Shown here: in pieces, positions 1 through 9,108 of the stretch
Layout of the letters: the number at the start of each line of letters is the position of its first letter
Position numbering within the stretch: the first letter of the stretch is position 1
Virus record (IMG/VR): IMGVR_UViG_2887127144_000001
Origin: a virus
Taxonomy: Duplodnaviria; Caudoviricetes
DNA: 64,000 nucleotides
Reading direction: 5' to 3' (one strand)
Position numbers and translations under genes: made by a program
Notes under the pieces: model-generated
The model's database searches: none
What the model saw: only the letters and a program-made list of their open reading frames with translations
What the model was told of the DNA's origin: nothing

Positions 1-195
1 TTACTTTCCAATCGGGCATCCCCGCTCGATCCATTCGGTCACCTCGGCCAGTCGCCAGCGGGTATTCCGCCCGATCCGCACGGGCTGGGGGACTTTCCCG
101 CCGGAGAGCAGCCGCCACAGGGTGCGTTCGCTGACCTGCATGAGTTTGGCCAGCTCCTCGGCGGTGATCAGCCTGGGTGTCGTGTCGGTGCTCAT
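1..195 (-). CDS. AlpA/excisionase-family helix-turn-helix protein
   Basis: MSTDTTPRLITAEELAKLMQVSERTLWRLLSGGKVPQPVRIGRNTRWRLAEVTEWI is the typical AlpA/Xis winged-HTH pattern; ATG at 195 overlaps the upstream stop. Confidence 0.85.
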   Translation of the reverse strand: MSTDTTPRLITAEELAKLMQVSERTLWRLLSGGKVPQPVRIGRNTRWRLAEVTEWIERGCPIGK

Positions 196-788
196 CGCTC
201 GCGCTCCTTTTCCTTTACCAGCTCCGATTCGTGTCTCTCGACCCCCAGCCCCTTGCCGTCCAGGATGTTCTGGAGTCGTTCCTGGGGCGTCTGCCACCGC
301 TGCTCGATCTCGGGCAGCACTCTGTCCATATCCTCCGAACTCACTGCCGGAAGTTCTGGAGCGAGGTGTCTCACGGCGTCTGCCCCATCGGCCACCCGCT
401 GCCCGTAGGTCGCCGCGTCAGTCTCGCCGTAGTCTCGGACGCGGGCCGCGTGCTCGTCGGAGCGGATCTCTGCGGCCAGGGCCTTGATCTCCTCGGCGGA
501 GGGATAACTCTCTTCGATCCCATCCATCCAGAGGTCGGGCTCGTCGCCTTCCAGAACGCGTCTGATGACGCCCTCTCTTTGCGACTCGGTGAAACCCCTC
601 CAGTCGATCGCCACCGTCAGTGCATCGGGTCGCTGGCTTTCGCTCAGGTCGTCCCAGAAGTGGTATCCGCCTTCCTGCCCGGGGGCTGCCTGGATGACTC
701 GTCCCTCAGCGATAGAGACGACGTACAGGCCGGCCGTGAGGATCTCGATGGCGCTGGTGACCCGGTCCATCTGCTCGCGTGTCGGCAC
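192..788 (-). CDS. Hypothetical protein with charged C-terminal tail (KEKERER)
   Basis: 198-aa ORF coupled to the excisionase gene; shares a W-xD-x-E...DW-x-G segment with ORF 1967-2299. Confidence 0.7.
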   Translation of the reverse strand: MPTREQMDRVTSAIEILTAGLYVVSIAEGRVIQAAPGQEGGYHFWDDLSESQRPDALTVAIDWRGFTESQREGVIRRVLEGDEPDLWMDGIEESYPSAEEIKALAAEIRSDEHAARVRDYGETDAATYGQRVADGADAVRHLAPELPAVSSEDMDRVLPEIEQRWQTPQERLQNILDGKGLGVERHESELVKEKERER

Positions 789-840
789 GGTTATGTCCCC
801 CTGCCCACAATGGGATTGTCAATCTCCCCGCTATCCGAAG

Positions 841-1533
841 TTAATGCTTGCTCGAACCCTTCGGCGCTGTCAGCGCAACCTCGGGCGTCCAGCCTTTCGT
901 GATTCGACGCTTAAAGGTTTCTGGCAATACGGCACAACGCCTATCCCGCGACCAATCGACCATCAGTTTCGACTCGCCAAAGATAGTTAGAATCCGTAGA
1001 TTGTCACTGTTTCTTCGCTGCTCAACGTAACTCACCCACCTGCAGTTGGATGGCTCGTAGTCGCCCCGTCTGTCAGGGTAACGATCTATCGTCAAGTCGT
1101 CGCGATAACCACTGGCAAGCGCCCAATCACGAAACGCTCCGTAGTTCTGGAGCCACTCCTGGCAGACTGCAATCCCCCTTCCTCCGTAGTACGGATAACA
1201 GGGCTGGTTGGGATCGCAGCAACGGCGCTTCATGTTCTCCCAGATTCTGTATAGACGTTTGTGATTGCCTTTGGGCGAATCCCCATGCGTGCGATTATTC
1301 TCAGCGACTTGGCACGATCTGCACCGAGTAGACCTTCCCTTTAGGAGGTTCCTAACTGTGACCTTGCACATCCTTCCGCAATCACAGACACAGTCAATTC
1401 TGGCGTGCCAGAAGCTATCCCCGCGTGATCCTGGGGGCAGTTCGAGAACCGTCCACTCGCCAAATCGTTGTCCGACTTCAATATAAGGGGATTTGCGCTT
1501 GATTGTGCTTGAACCAAAATCATTGGTATGCAT
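841..1533 (-). CDS. Phage-type HNH-like homing endonuclease
   Basis: GQRFGEWTV, CVCDCG, RLYRIWENMKRRC, YGGRGIAVCQEW and LTIDR...GDYEPSNCRW motifs; lower GC than its neighbours. Start chosen at ATG 1533. Confidence 0.8.
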   Translation of the reverse strand: MHTNDFGSSTIKRKSPYIEVGQRFGEWTVLELPPGSRGDSFWHARIDCVCDCGRMCKVTVRNLLKGRSTRCRSCQVAENNRTHGDSPKGNHKRLYRIWENMKRRCCDPNQPCYPYYGGRGIAVCQEWLQNYGAFRDWALASGYRDDLTIDRYPDRRGDYEPSNCRWVSYVEQRRNSDNLRILTIFGESKLMVDWSRDRRCAVLPETFKRRITKGWTPEVALTAPKGSSKH

Positions 1534-1603
1534 AATTTGTTCTCCAATCTCGACAATTGGGAGCCTAGCCCGAAACGCCTGTAGGCGCAAGGGCTAGGTT
1601 CAT

Positions 1604-1789
1604 TCAACGCCTTGGGTTAATCTGCGTTGCCTTCTCCAATTCTTCCCGGATCGCCGCGTACATCTCGCGCAAGCACTCGCTAACTTCCTCCTGCCGCAAC
1701 AACGGCTCAACGATTGATGTGCACCTCTGGGCCAATTTGATGCAAAGAGCGTGAAGCGAGGCGTCAGTTGACTGATGGCTTTGCAGCAT
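1604..1789 (-). CDS. Small hypothetical protein
   Basis: 61-aa helical ORF in the leftward operon. Confidence 0.5.
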   Translation of the reverse strand: MLQSHQSTDASLHALCIKLAQRCTSIVEPLLRQEEVSECLREMYAAIREELEKATQINPRR

Positions 1790-1970
1790 GGACAGCCCCC
1801 GGTAATCGCCGCCTCGCTTCCTTCACGGCTTCGAGGCAGGCGTAGGTTATGAAGGAGATCAGCTCCGGCGTGGTGGCGGTCGGGCTCGTCTGGATCATCT
1901 CGACGATCAGGATGGCGGCGGCCAGGGAGCAGTCGTACTCGATCGCTTCGGGGTCATCGGGCGGTTTCAT
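1764..1970 (-). CDS. Small hypothetical protein (MKPPDDPEAIEY...)
   Basis: ATG at 1970 overlaps the stop of 1967-2299, with GGAGG upstream. Confidence 0.55.
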   Translation of the reverse strand: MKPPDDPEAIEYDCSLAAAILIVEMIQTSPTATTPELISFITYACLEAVKEARRRLPGAVHAAKPSVN

Positions 1971-2299
1971 CGCTCCCTCCCGCCGCGCTCGCGGATCCTC
2001 TCGACGGTCCTGTCCTCCTCCTGCGTGGCCATGCCGATCAACCGGTTGCGCTGGGAGTCGCTGATCTTCCCGGGGTCGATCTCGGACAGCAGGATGTGGG
2101 CCTGGTCGCGGTTCGAGACGCCGGACCAGTCCACCGCGTCCTGGAGGATCGCGAGCTTGCTGCGCTCCGGCATGTCCTGCCACGGCCGCTCCTCGATCCG
2201 GTAGTTCTTTTCTTGACCGACCACGGCCGGGTAGTTGCCCTCCTTGATCCGCAGGATGTGGTCGAAAGCCTCCTTGAGTCGCTTCTCGTCGCTCGGCAT
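1967..2299 (-). CDS. Hypothetical protein with charged C-terminal tail (RERGGRER)
   Basis: 110-aa ORF with RBS; internal similarity to ORF 192-788. Confidence 0.7.
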   Translation of the reverse strand: MPSDEKRLKEAFDHILRIKEGNYPAVVGQEKNYRIEERPWQDMPERSKLAILQDAVDWSGVSNRDQAHILLSEIDPGKISDSQRNRLIGMATQEEDRTVERIRERGGRER

Positions 2300-2341
2300 G
2301 GCTCGCTCCGATCGGATGTGGGGCGTCCCTGCCCCGGTCGG

Positions 2342-2521
2342 TCATTTCCTGAGGTGCTTGAGGCCGAACAGGGTCGCCCTGCCGAGCCCGCGTGCGGCCC
2401 GGCCCATGTTGTCCTGGCCCATCTGGTTGAACTTGAAGACCGTGTCGGGGCGGGTGGCGAGCATCCAAGCCCAGAAGACGAACCAGGCGAAGAGGAACGC
2501 GCCGCCGATAACCTGTTCCAT
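2342..2521 (-). CDS. Small membrane protein (MEQVIGGAFLFAWFVFWAWMLATRPD...LRK)
   Basis: Hand translation, 59 aa, below the ORF-track cutoff; AAGGAG RBS; N-terminal hydrophobic helix. Confidence 0.65.
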   Translation of the reverse strand: MEQVIGGAFLFAWFVFWAWMLATRPDTVFKFNQMGQDNMGRAARGLGRATLFGLKHLRK

Positions 2522-2649
2522 CGGGATCTCCTTGCGAATGATCGTTTGTCGCGCTAATGTCCATCCGCCGGCGCGGTGGGATGACGACCCAACGCCTTGC
2601 CTCGTCAGCGGGCGGCCGCCCGGCGGAACCTAACTCCGGCCTGGCCGGG

Positions 2650-2859
2650 TCATTTCCGCAGCATCTTTCCGATGGTCAGTCCGGCCTTCACGGCACCGCC
2701 CGCCATCCTGGACATCCGCTCGAGCTGCGCCCTCTTCGCCTCCTCGTGCTGCTTGGCGATGAAGGCCATGTCCTGGGTGCGGAACGTCCACATGTAGAGG
2801 TACCAGGCGATGAGCAGGCCGCAGAACACGATGCAGGCGGCCCAGAGCAGTTCGTTCAT
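2650..2859 (-). CDS. Small membrane protein (MNELLWAACIVFCGLLIAWYLYMW...LRK)
   Basis: AAGGAG RBS; N-terminal TM helix; same layout as 2342-2521. Confidence 0.65.
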   Translation of the reverse strand: MNELLWAACIVFCGLLIAWYLYMWTFRTQDMAFIAKQHEEAKRAQLERMSRMAGGAVKAGLTIGKMLRK

Positions 2860-2981
2860 GCGAAGCTCCTTGATGCTTGGTGTGAAAGGCGCTATCGTCT
2901 GTTCGTCAGCTCCGCGCAAGTAGCGCGTGGAGCCTCGGTGGCCGGGGCCTGAACCTTGCGGTCGCAGCCCCGGCCGCCCCA

Positions 2982-3389
2982 TCACATCTCCCGCCCCATG
3001 TCCCGGTCCTGCTGCTGCGAGGGGGGCGTCGGCTGGCTCCGGGCGTCCAGGAGGTCCTGGAGGCTGAAGTCGCGGGCAGTGGCGCCGATGTCCCTGAGGC
3101 CGCCCATCTCCTGCGTGACGATCTGGGGAGTCGGATTGCCGAGGACGCCCGGCTCCTCCATCGGCTTGATGTTGCTGTCGGGAAAGGCGGCCAGGGCCTG
3201 CGTGAGCTCGTGGGCGCCGAGGCGCCCCATCGCCGCCAAATGCCCCTCGCCGAGCTTCTTGCCCGCGGGCTCCTCCTGCCCCGCACCCGGAATGTTCGCC
3301 ATGTCGTTCATGGCGTGGCGAACCACCGTCTGATCCGTCTCGAACTTGTCGCGTCCGGCCAGGATGTCCTCGAACTTCGCTGCAGACAT
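2982..3389 (-). CDS. Hypothetical protein, C-terminus QQQDRDMGREM
   Basis: GGAGG RBS before ATG 3389; lies directly downstream of the coupling protein. Confidence 0.7.
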   Translation of the reverse strand: MSAAKFEDILAGRDKFETDQTVVRHAMNDMANIPGAGQEEPAGKKLGEGHLAAMGRLGAHELTQALAAFPDSNIKPMEEPGVLGNPTPQIVTQEMGGLRDIGATARDFSLQDLLDARSQPTPPSQQQDRDMGREM

Positions 3390-3436
3390 CTCGATGCCTC
3401 CCTCGGTTGGCCCGGCTTGAGCCGGGGGTTGTGGTG

Positions 3437-5173
3437 CTACATCCCCGCCATCGCAAGCCCCGCTGCTGCCGCTGTCGCCAGCAGGAGGATCGCCGTCAGC
3501 CACACCTCCGCCATCCGGAGGAGGTGGCTTCGTCGCCCGTTTCCCGGGCTGAGTTCCTCGAAGTACCGCGTCAGCGTGGTCTGGATCGGCGGCACGCCAG
3601 GGGTGAAGGTGATCGCCGTCCGTGCCGGCAGCGCCACGACCTCCTCCGGCTTGAGAAGCTTTCTGGCCTGCTGCGACCAGTTCGCGTTGCTGCCCCAGGA
3701 CTCGGTCAGGCTCGTGCTCGGCTCCGGGCTGTTGACCTGCCGCGAGCCGCCGTTGTTCGTCCCGCCGGAGTCCACGACGATGGTCGACTCGCCCAGCCGG
3801 GAGCTCACGAACTCCGAGGTCTGCTGGTCGTTGACGCCGAAGAAGACCTGCGTGGTATTCGAGATAAGTGTGGTGTCGCCACCCTCGCCCCAGCACTTTC
3901 GGAGCTGCCCCATCGACTGGTAATAGAACTGGAGGCGCACGCCGTAGCCGCGATACTTGTCCACCGCGTCGTCGAGGCAGTCCATGCGCCCCAGGCTCGC
4001 GGCCTCGTCGAGGATGAAGTCCACCGCGTTCTGCTCCTGGAGGCCCCCATCCACGACCGCCCGCAGGGCCGCACCGACCCACAGCCGCAGCAACCCGGCC
4101 TGGGGCGAGATCTGCTTGGGCGGCAGGACCAGGTAGAGCGTCATCCTCCCCTTGCGTAGGTCGGACAGGTCGAAGCTGCTGGACCTCGTGCTCGCTGCGA
4201 TGGCGGGCGTGTCGAGGAAGTTCATGAACCGGTTCGCCGTGCTCAGGACCGACCCGAGTTCCTTGTCCTTGAAGTTCGTGAGCTGGTTGCCGAGGCGGGC
4301 CACCATGCCCTCGTGGCCGGTCTCATTGCGCAGGACTTGGACGATCGCCTCTCGCTTGGCCGGGTCGGTCAGGAGCGTCCTCACGGCCTGCAGCGACCGG
4401 TTCTCGTCCCGCCCGTACAGCGTTACGGCGACGATGATGGCGGTGATCCAGAGTTCGGCGCTGTCGTTCCAGTACGGGTCCTTCTCCTCGCCCGTCCTGA
4501 TGACCATGGCGTTCGCGAGCGCCCGGCATTCGTCGATGAGCTGTGGCGACTTCGGATCGATCGAGTCGAGGGGGTTGAAGGTGTCGGGGCTCTGCGTGAC
4601 GACTGTGAACGGATCGAGCACCACGGTCTTGTGGCCGAACCTCTCCTGGCGATGCCTGGCGGTGATCTGGTAGTTCTCGCCCTTGAAGTCAATGACGACC
4701 ATCGACCGGGGGCTGTTGAGCAGGTGCGGGATGACGCAAGAGACTCCCTTGCCCACGCCGGTCGGGGCGAAGACCGCGATGTGGACGGCGTTCGAGAGGC
4801 GCACCAGGGCTGATTCCTGCCTGCCCCGCTGGAGCTTCCTCATCGAGTAGACGAACCGCTCGCACGCGACGCCGGCCGGGACACGCCTGTCGAACAGCCC
4901 ATTGAGCGATTCGAAGAATCCCCTCTTGGGCAGGGCGATCCGCCCGATGAGCAGGCCCGGCTTGTCGGACAGCAGCCCGGCTCGCTCCAGGTCGTCCGCG
5001 TCCGCCCATCGGGCCGTGCCGTGGCTGGTGAGCCGGACGACCTTGCGCCCGCCGAGATACACGACGGCAGCGGCGCCGACGATCAGGATCGCGGGGTATC
5101 GGAGCATGAAGGCGAAGCCGAGGGCGGCGATGCCGAGGATCCCGGCGATGAGGAGGGCGCGACAGAGTCGCAT
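3437..5173 (-). CDS. virD4: Type IV coupling protein, VirD4/TraG family
   Basis: N-terminal TM helices, HGTARWA motif, Walker A APTGVGKG, DFKGE, Walker B FILDEAASLG, QSMGQL. Confidence 0.92.
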   Translation of the reverse strand: MRLCRALLIAGILGIAALGFAFMLRYPAILIVGAAAVVYLGGRKVVRLTSHGTARWADADDLERAGLLSDKPGLLIGRIALPKRGFFESLNGLFDRRVPAGVACERFVYSMRKLQRGRQESALVRLSNAVHIAVFAPTGVGKGVSCVIPHLLNSPRSMVVIDFKGENYQITARHRQERFGHKTVVLDPFTVVTQSPDTFNPLDSIDPKSPQLIDECRALANAMVIRTGEEKDPYWNDSAELWITAIIVAVTLYGRDENRSLQAVRTLLTDPAKREAIVQVLRNETGHEGMVARLGNQLTNFKDKELGSVLSTANRFMNFLDTPAIAASTRSSSFDLSDLRKGRMTLYLVLPPKQISPQAGLLRLWVGAALRAVVDGGLQEQNAVDFILDEAASLGRMDCLDDAVDKYRGYGVRLQFYYQSMGQLRKCWGEGGDTTLISNTTQVFFGVNDQQTSEFVSSRLGESTIVVDSGGTNNGGSRQVNSPEPSTSLTESWGSNANWSQQARKLLKPEEVVALPARTAITFTPGVPPIQTTLTRYFEELSPGNGRRSHLLRMAEVWLTAILLLATAAAAGLAMAGM

Positions 5174-5466
5174 GGCTGGTTCTCCTGATTGGGACGACGA
5201 CGAGCGAGGGCGGCAAGGAACGCCACAAGGGCAGCGCCTCCGGACAGCACCGTGAACCGCTGCATCCACTGGGCATTACGAACGGCTAGGATCTGCTCTT
5301 GGCTGGGCTTTGCCTTGAGCGGGTTGGGCTGGTCGAAGAAGTCGAGGTTGCCCTCGATCTCCTCCGCCGCCCGTGGGACGCTGCTGGCCTTGTCGATGAG
5401 GGCGACCGACCGCTGGTAGCAGCACACCGCGCAGACCGTGAGCGCGGCGGCGATGATGAGCCGCAT
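5083..5466 (-). CDS. Hypothetical membrane protein upstream of virD4
   Basis: GGAGG RBS; hydrophobic N-terminus and a second TM segment; overlaps the virD4 start. Confidence 0.6.
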   Translation of the reverse strand: MRLIIAAALTVCAVCCYQRSVALIDKASSVPRAAEEIEGNLDFFDQPNPLKAKPSQEQILAVRNAQWMQRFTVLSGGAALVAFLAALARRRPNQENQPCDSVAPSSSPGSSASPPSASPSCSDTPRS

Positions 5467-5654
5467 AGGCACCTCCGAAAGTTGTTGACCGAATGGGCGA
5501 GGCGTGGCAGGGTTCGAGAGCTGCGGCGGCGTGGATGGACACGCTTGCAAGGACAGGGCGTCGCGTTCACGGCGTAACCTGAGACCGGAATCAAGCCCGG
5601 CCCGCAGCAACGCCCCCCGCCACATGGCGCACCCGCCTCGCAAGGGGCGGGTTA

Positions 5655-6443
5655 TCACCCAGCCTTCGCCTTGTCCCTGCACACAGCCTGAAGCGTTTTG
5701 GCGTCGAGGCCCTGGTCGCGGCCCTTCCGCATTTCCTTTTGCGCTTCCTGCACGGCCTCGATGGCCTCATCCAGCGTCATGTCGTCGCCGGAGATCGTGA
5801 CCGTGGTTCCGTTGGTCAGGGCGATCTTGATCTTGCTGGCTCGAACTGCGGGCGCTGCGCTGGCTCGCTTCTTCCGCCCCTGCTGCTCCAGCATGTCGCG
5901 GCTGGCGCCTGACAGCTTTAGGGCCAGGAGCGCGGGCTGGTCATCCGGCGGCAGCTTGCTGATCGCGTAGATGTCGCTAATGCCCAGCTTGCCCTCTCGC
6001 AGCGCCTCCTGCGCCTCGGGGATGCACCGCGATGGCGAGAGCAGCCGCGTCACCGTGGACGGGTCGAGGTGCAGATGCTCGGCCAGCTCCTTGCCCTGCC
6101 AGCCGTTCAGCTCCAGCAGCTCCCGGCACGCCTGCCACTTCTCGTAGGGCGTCAGGTCGGAGCGGTGGATGTTCTCGGTCAGCTGCATCCCACGCACCTG
6201 CGCTGTGGACAGCTCCCCGTCCACGACGATGACCTGGAGCGATTCGAGGCCGACCAAGGCGGCGGCCCGGTATCGCCTGTGCCCGGCGATGATCGTCCCG
6301 TCCGGCCGCGCCAGCACTGGCTGAAGCTGCCGCTCCCGAAGCGACTCGCCGAGGAGCCGCAGTTCACATTCGTCGTAGGTCTGCCTGGCCTGCCCCGTGT
6401 CGGGCTTGAAGAAGGCCAGCGGCTTGATCTCGAGTTTCGGCAT
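5655..6443 (-). CDS. parB: ParB/RepB/Spo0J family protein
   Basis: LQPVLARPDGTIIAGHRRYRAA (GxRR arginine patch), ENIHRSDLTPYE, central HTH. No parA in the window. Confidence 0.9.
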   Translation of the reverse strand: MPKLEIKPLAFFKPDTGQARQTYDECELRLLGESLRERQLQPVLARPDGTIIAGHRRYRAAALVGLESLQVIVVDGELSTAQVRGMQLTENIHRSDLTPYEKWQACRELLELNGWQGKELAEHLHLDPSTVTRLLSPSRCIPEAQEALREGKLGISDIYAISKLPPDDQPALLALKLSGASRDMLEQQGRKKRASAAPAVRASKIKIALTNGTTVTISGDDMTLDEAIEAVQEAQKEMRKGRDQGLDAKTLQAVCRDKAKAG

Positions 6444-6613
6444 GGCCGCCTCGTAAATGCCTGTTATGCAAGACGTTAGGAGAACGGATTGCAGGATTTA
6501 CAAATGGCGCGCCAAACCCTGCGCGACACAAAAAGAATGTCGCAAGGGATTTAAACAGAGCGAGTTGCGTTAACCGGACTCGCAGCGTCCGGTATTTATG
6601 GATGCGTGCGCCC

Positions 6614-6671
6614 GGCAAAGATTACCCGGTAAAGTTTGCCGGTGAGATGATGTGAATGGGTAAAGCTTACC
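6614..6671. promoter_or_regulatory. Three copies of the near-palindrome GGYAAAGNTTRCC (candidate parS or operator sites)
   Basis: ggcaaagattacc 6614-6626, ggtaaagtttgcc 6628-6640, ggtaaagcttacc 6659-6671, in the divergent intergenic region upstream of parB. Confidence 0.5.
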
Positions 6672-7048
6672 CAAAAACAGCACCTATGAACGGAGTATCC
6701 CCCCGGAAAGCTGAAACCCGAGCTTTTTCGGATGGTCTCCATGGCTGGTACTGTACCGATGAGCGCTATTGCGGGCAAGGGGGCGGTCAGCGACACGTCG
6801 CTCTGCCCGCCCGATCTGGGGCAGCAGTCTGAACACTCAAAGCAATCCCCACCAGCTCCAGGCCCCGACCGACGCCTATTCTTGGCACGATGAACCCGCC
6901 GCCGGGATGCGCAAGCAGAGAATCGGCTCCCCCCGAGGGTCTCCCCCAATTCTCTGCTTGCCCACCGCCGAGGCTTCCCGTCCAAGGCGGGTTCTGTGGG
7001 CGTGCCGTAAGGCTCGATGGTCGAGCCTGTAACTAGAAGGAGAATGTT

Positions 7049-7246
7049 ATGACTGATTCCAAACCCATCGCCATCATCCGCCAGACCACGACTGTCTCTA
7101 TCGCTTTCGCCGAGAAGCCCTCGGAAGAACGCCGCCGACAGCTGCGTGACGCTGGCTATCGCTACGAGAACGGCAACTGGTTCCGTAGCGAGCCGCATAG
7201 CCAGATGGCTACCGAGGAACTGGTTGCGCAAGTCCTCGCGGCGTAG
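7049..7246 (+). CDS. Small hypothetical protein
   Basis: AAGGAG RBS; FAEKPSEERRRQLRDAGYRY resembles short plasmid-type domains; followed by a hairpin at 7257-7281. Confidence 0.65.
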   Translation: MTDSKPIAIIRQTTTVSIAFAEKPSEERRRQLRDAGYRYENGNWFRSEPHSQMATEELVAQVLAA

Positions 7247-7311
7247 TAACAACGAAGGGGTGCAGCCGGAAACTGCACCCCTCAATTAACCGCTAAATGG
7301 AGTTAGCGATT

Positions 7312-9108
7312 ATGGATTCTGTTTACAACAGTCCCATCCCTCTGGCAATATCCCCTGACGAACTGATCGTCGACAACTTCGCTGGTGGCGGCGGCGCGTC
7401 GCTCGGCATCGGCATGGCCCTTGGCCGGTCACCGGACATCGCCATCAACCACGACCAGGAAGCGATCGCGATGCACGCCGCGAACCATCCAGAGACGAAG
7501 CACTACTGCGAGGACGTCTGGCACGTCGACCCCGTCGAGGCCTGCGCCGGTCGCCCGGTCGGCCTCGCTTGGTTCAGCCCGGACTGCAAGCACTTCTCGA
7601 AGGCCAAGGGCGGCAAGCCCGTCAGCAAAAAGATCCGCGGCCTCGCCTGGGTCGTGATCCGGTGGGCGAAGGCCGTCAAGCCGCGCGTCATCATCCTGGA
7701 GAACGTCGAGGAGTTTCAGGACTGGGGACCGGTCCTCCCCAACGGCCAGCCGTGCCCATTGCGGAAGGGCTTAACTTTCCGCCGCTGGAAGTCCCAGCTC
7801 GAAAACCTTGGGTACCGCGTCGAGCTGAAAGTCCTTCGGGCGTCGGACTTCGGCACACCCACAATTCGCAAGCGGCTATTCATGGTCGCCCGCTGTGACG
7901 GACTGCCGATCCGTTGGCCTGAGCCTACGCACGCAGATCCCAAGAAGATCCAGCAAGACCTGTTCAGCATCAACCTTAAGCCCTGGCGGACCGCCGCCGA
8001 GTGCATCGACTGGTCGCTGCCGTGCCCGAGCATCTTCGATCGAGACCGTCCACTGGCGGAGAACACGCTCCGCCGGATCGCCGCTGGTATCCGCCGGTTC
8101 GTCATCGAGGCGAGCGAGCCGTTCATCGTCAACCTGACCCATCACGGCAGCGACCGCGTCGAATCGCTCGATGAGCCGTTTCGAACCGTGACGGGGGCGA
8201 ACCGCGGCGAGAAGGCGCTGGTGACGCCGTTCATCGCGCGAACCGCGCACGGCGACGTCGACAAGAACGGCAAGCGTCGGGGCAAAGGTCAGCATTCGGT
8301 AGGCGAGCCGCTCCATACGGTGACCGCGTCCGGCGACTATGCCATTTGCACACCGTTCCTTGCCGGCGTCGGTGGCCGGGCCGGTCAGTCCCCAGAGCGC
8401 TCGCCGGACATGCCCTATCAGACGATCACGGCGAAAGCGGATGCCGCTCTCGTATCCCCTATACTCGTCGGCACTGGCGGACCGGCCTACTCGGCAAAGC
8501 CCCGCCCTGCCGGGCAGCCCATCCACACGATGACGACAGACTCGCGGGCGGCCCTCGTGTCCGCGTTTCTTGCCCAGCACAACAGCGAGCGAGGGGACGG
8601 CGTGAAGGCGGGCCGTAAGGCAACCGAGCCTGTGAGCACGATCACGTCGTCCGGATCCCACCAGCAGGTAGTGACGTCCCACCTGCTCAAGCTCTACGGG
8701 ACTTGCAGGGACGGCCAGCCGGTGACCGAGCCGGTCTCGACGATCCGGGCCGAGGGGACCCACCTCGCGGAGGTCCGGGCCTTCCTGATCAAATACTTCG
8801 GCACCGACCAAGACCCGAGGCTCGAGGAACCATTGCATACCGTCACCAGCAAGGACCGATTCGGCCTGGTCACCGTCCGGGGCGAGGACTATGTGATCGT
8901 GGATATCGGCCTTCGGATGCTGACCCCGCCCGAACTCTACCGGGCGCAGGGCTTCCCCGAGCACTACCTGATCAGCCCGGTCATCGGCGGCAAGCGGCTC
9001 AGCAAGACCGCCCAGGTCCGGATGTGCGGCAACTCGGTCTGCCCGCCGATCGCGGCCGCGGTTGCGAGGGCGCAATTTGAAACCGCTCCTCTGGCGAGGG
9101 CGGCATGA
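7312..9108 (+). CDS. DNA (cytosine-5) methyltransferase, phage type
   Basis: Motif I DNFAGGGGAS, motif IV SPDC, motif VI ENVEEF, motif VIII RKRLF, motif X GNSVCP. Start 7312 chosen from the GGAG RBS (in-frame 7297 is possible). Confidence 0.93.
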   Translation: MDSVYNSPIPLAISPDELIVDNFAGGGGASLGIGMALGRSPDIAINHDQEAIAMHAANHPETKHYCEDVWHVDPVEACAGRPVGLAWFSPDCKHFSKAKGGKPVSKKIRGLAWVVIRWAKAVKPRVIILENVEEFQDWGPVLPNGQPCPLRKGLTFRRWKSQLENLGYRVELKVLRASDFGTPTIRKRLFMVARCDGLPIRWPEPTHADPKKIQQDLFSINLKPWRTAAECIDWSLPCPSIFDRDRPLAENTLRRIAAGIRRFVIEASEPFIVNLTHHGSDRVESLDEPFRTVTGANRGEKALVTPFIARTAHGDVDKNGKRRGKGQHSVGEPLHTVTASGDYAICTPFLAGVGGRAGQSPERSPDMPYQTITAKADAALVSPILVGTGGPAYSAKPRPAGQPIHTMTTDSRAALVSAFLAQHNSERGDGVKAGRKATEPVSTITSSGSHQQVVTSHLLKLYGTCRDGQPVTEPVSTIRAEGTHLAEVRAFLIKYFGTDQDPRLEEPLHTVTSKDRFGLVTVRGEDYVIVDIGLRMLTPPELYRAQGFPEHYLISPVIGGKRLSKTAQVRMCGNSVCPPIAAAVARAQFETAPLARAA

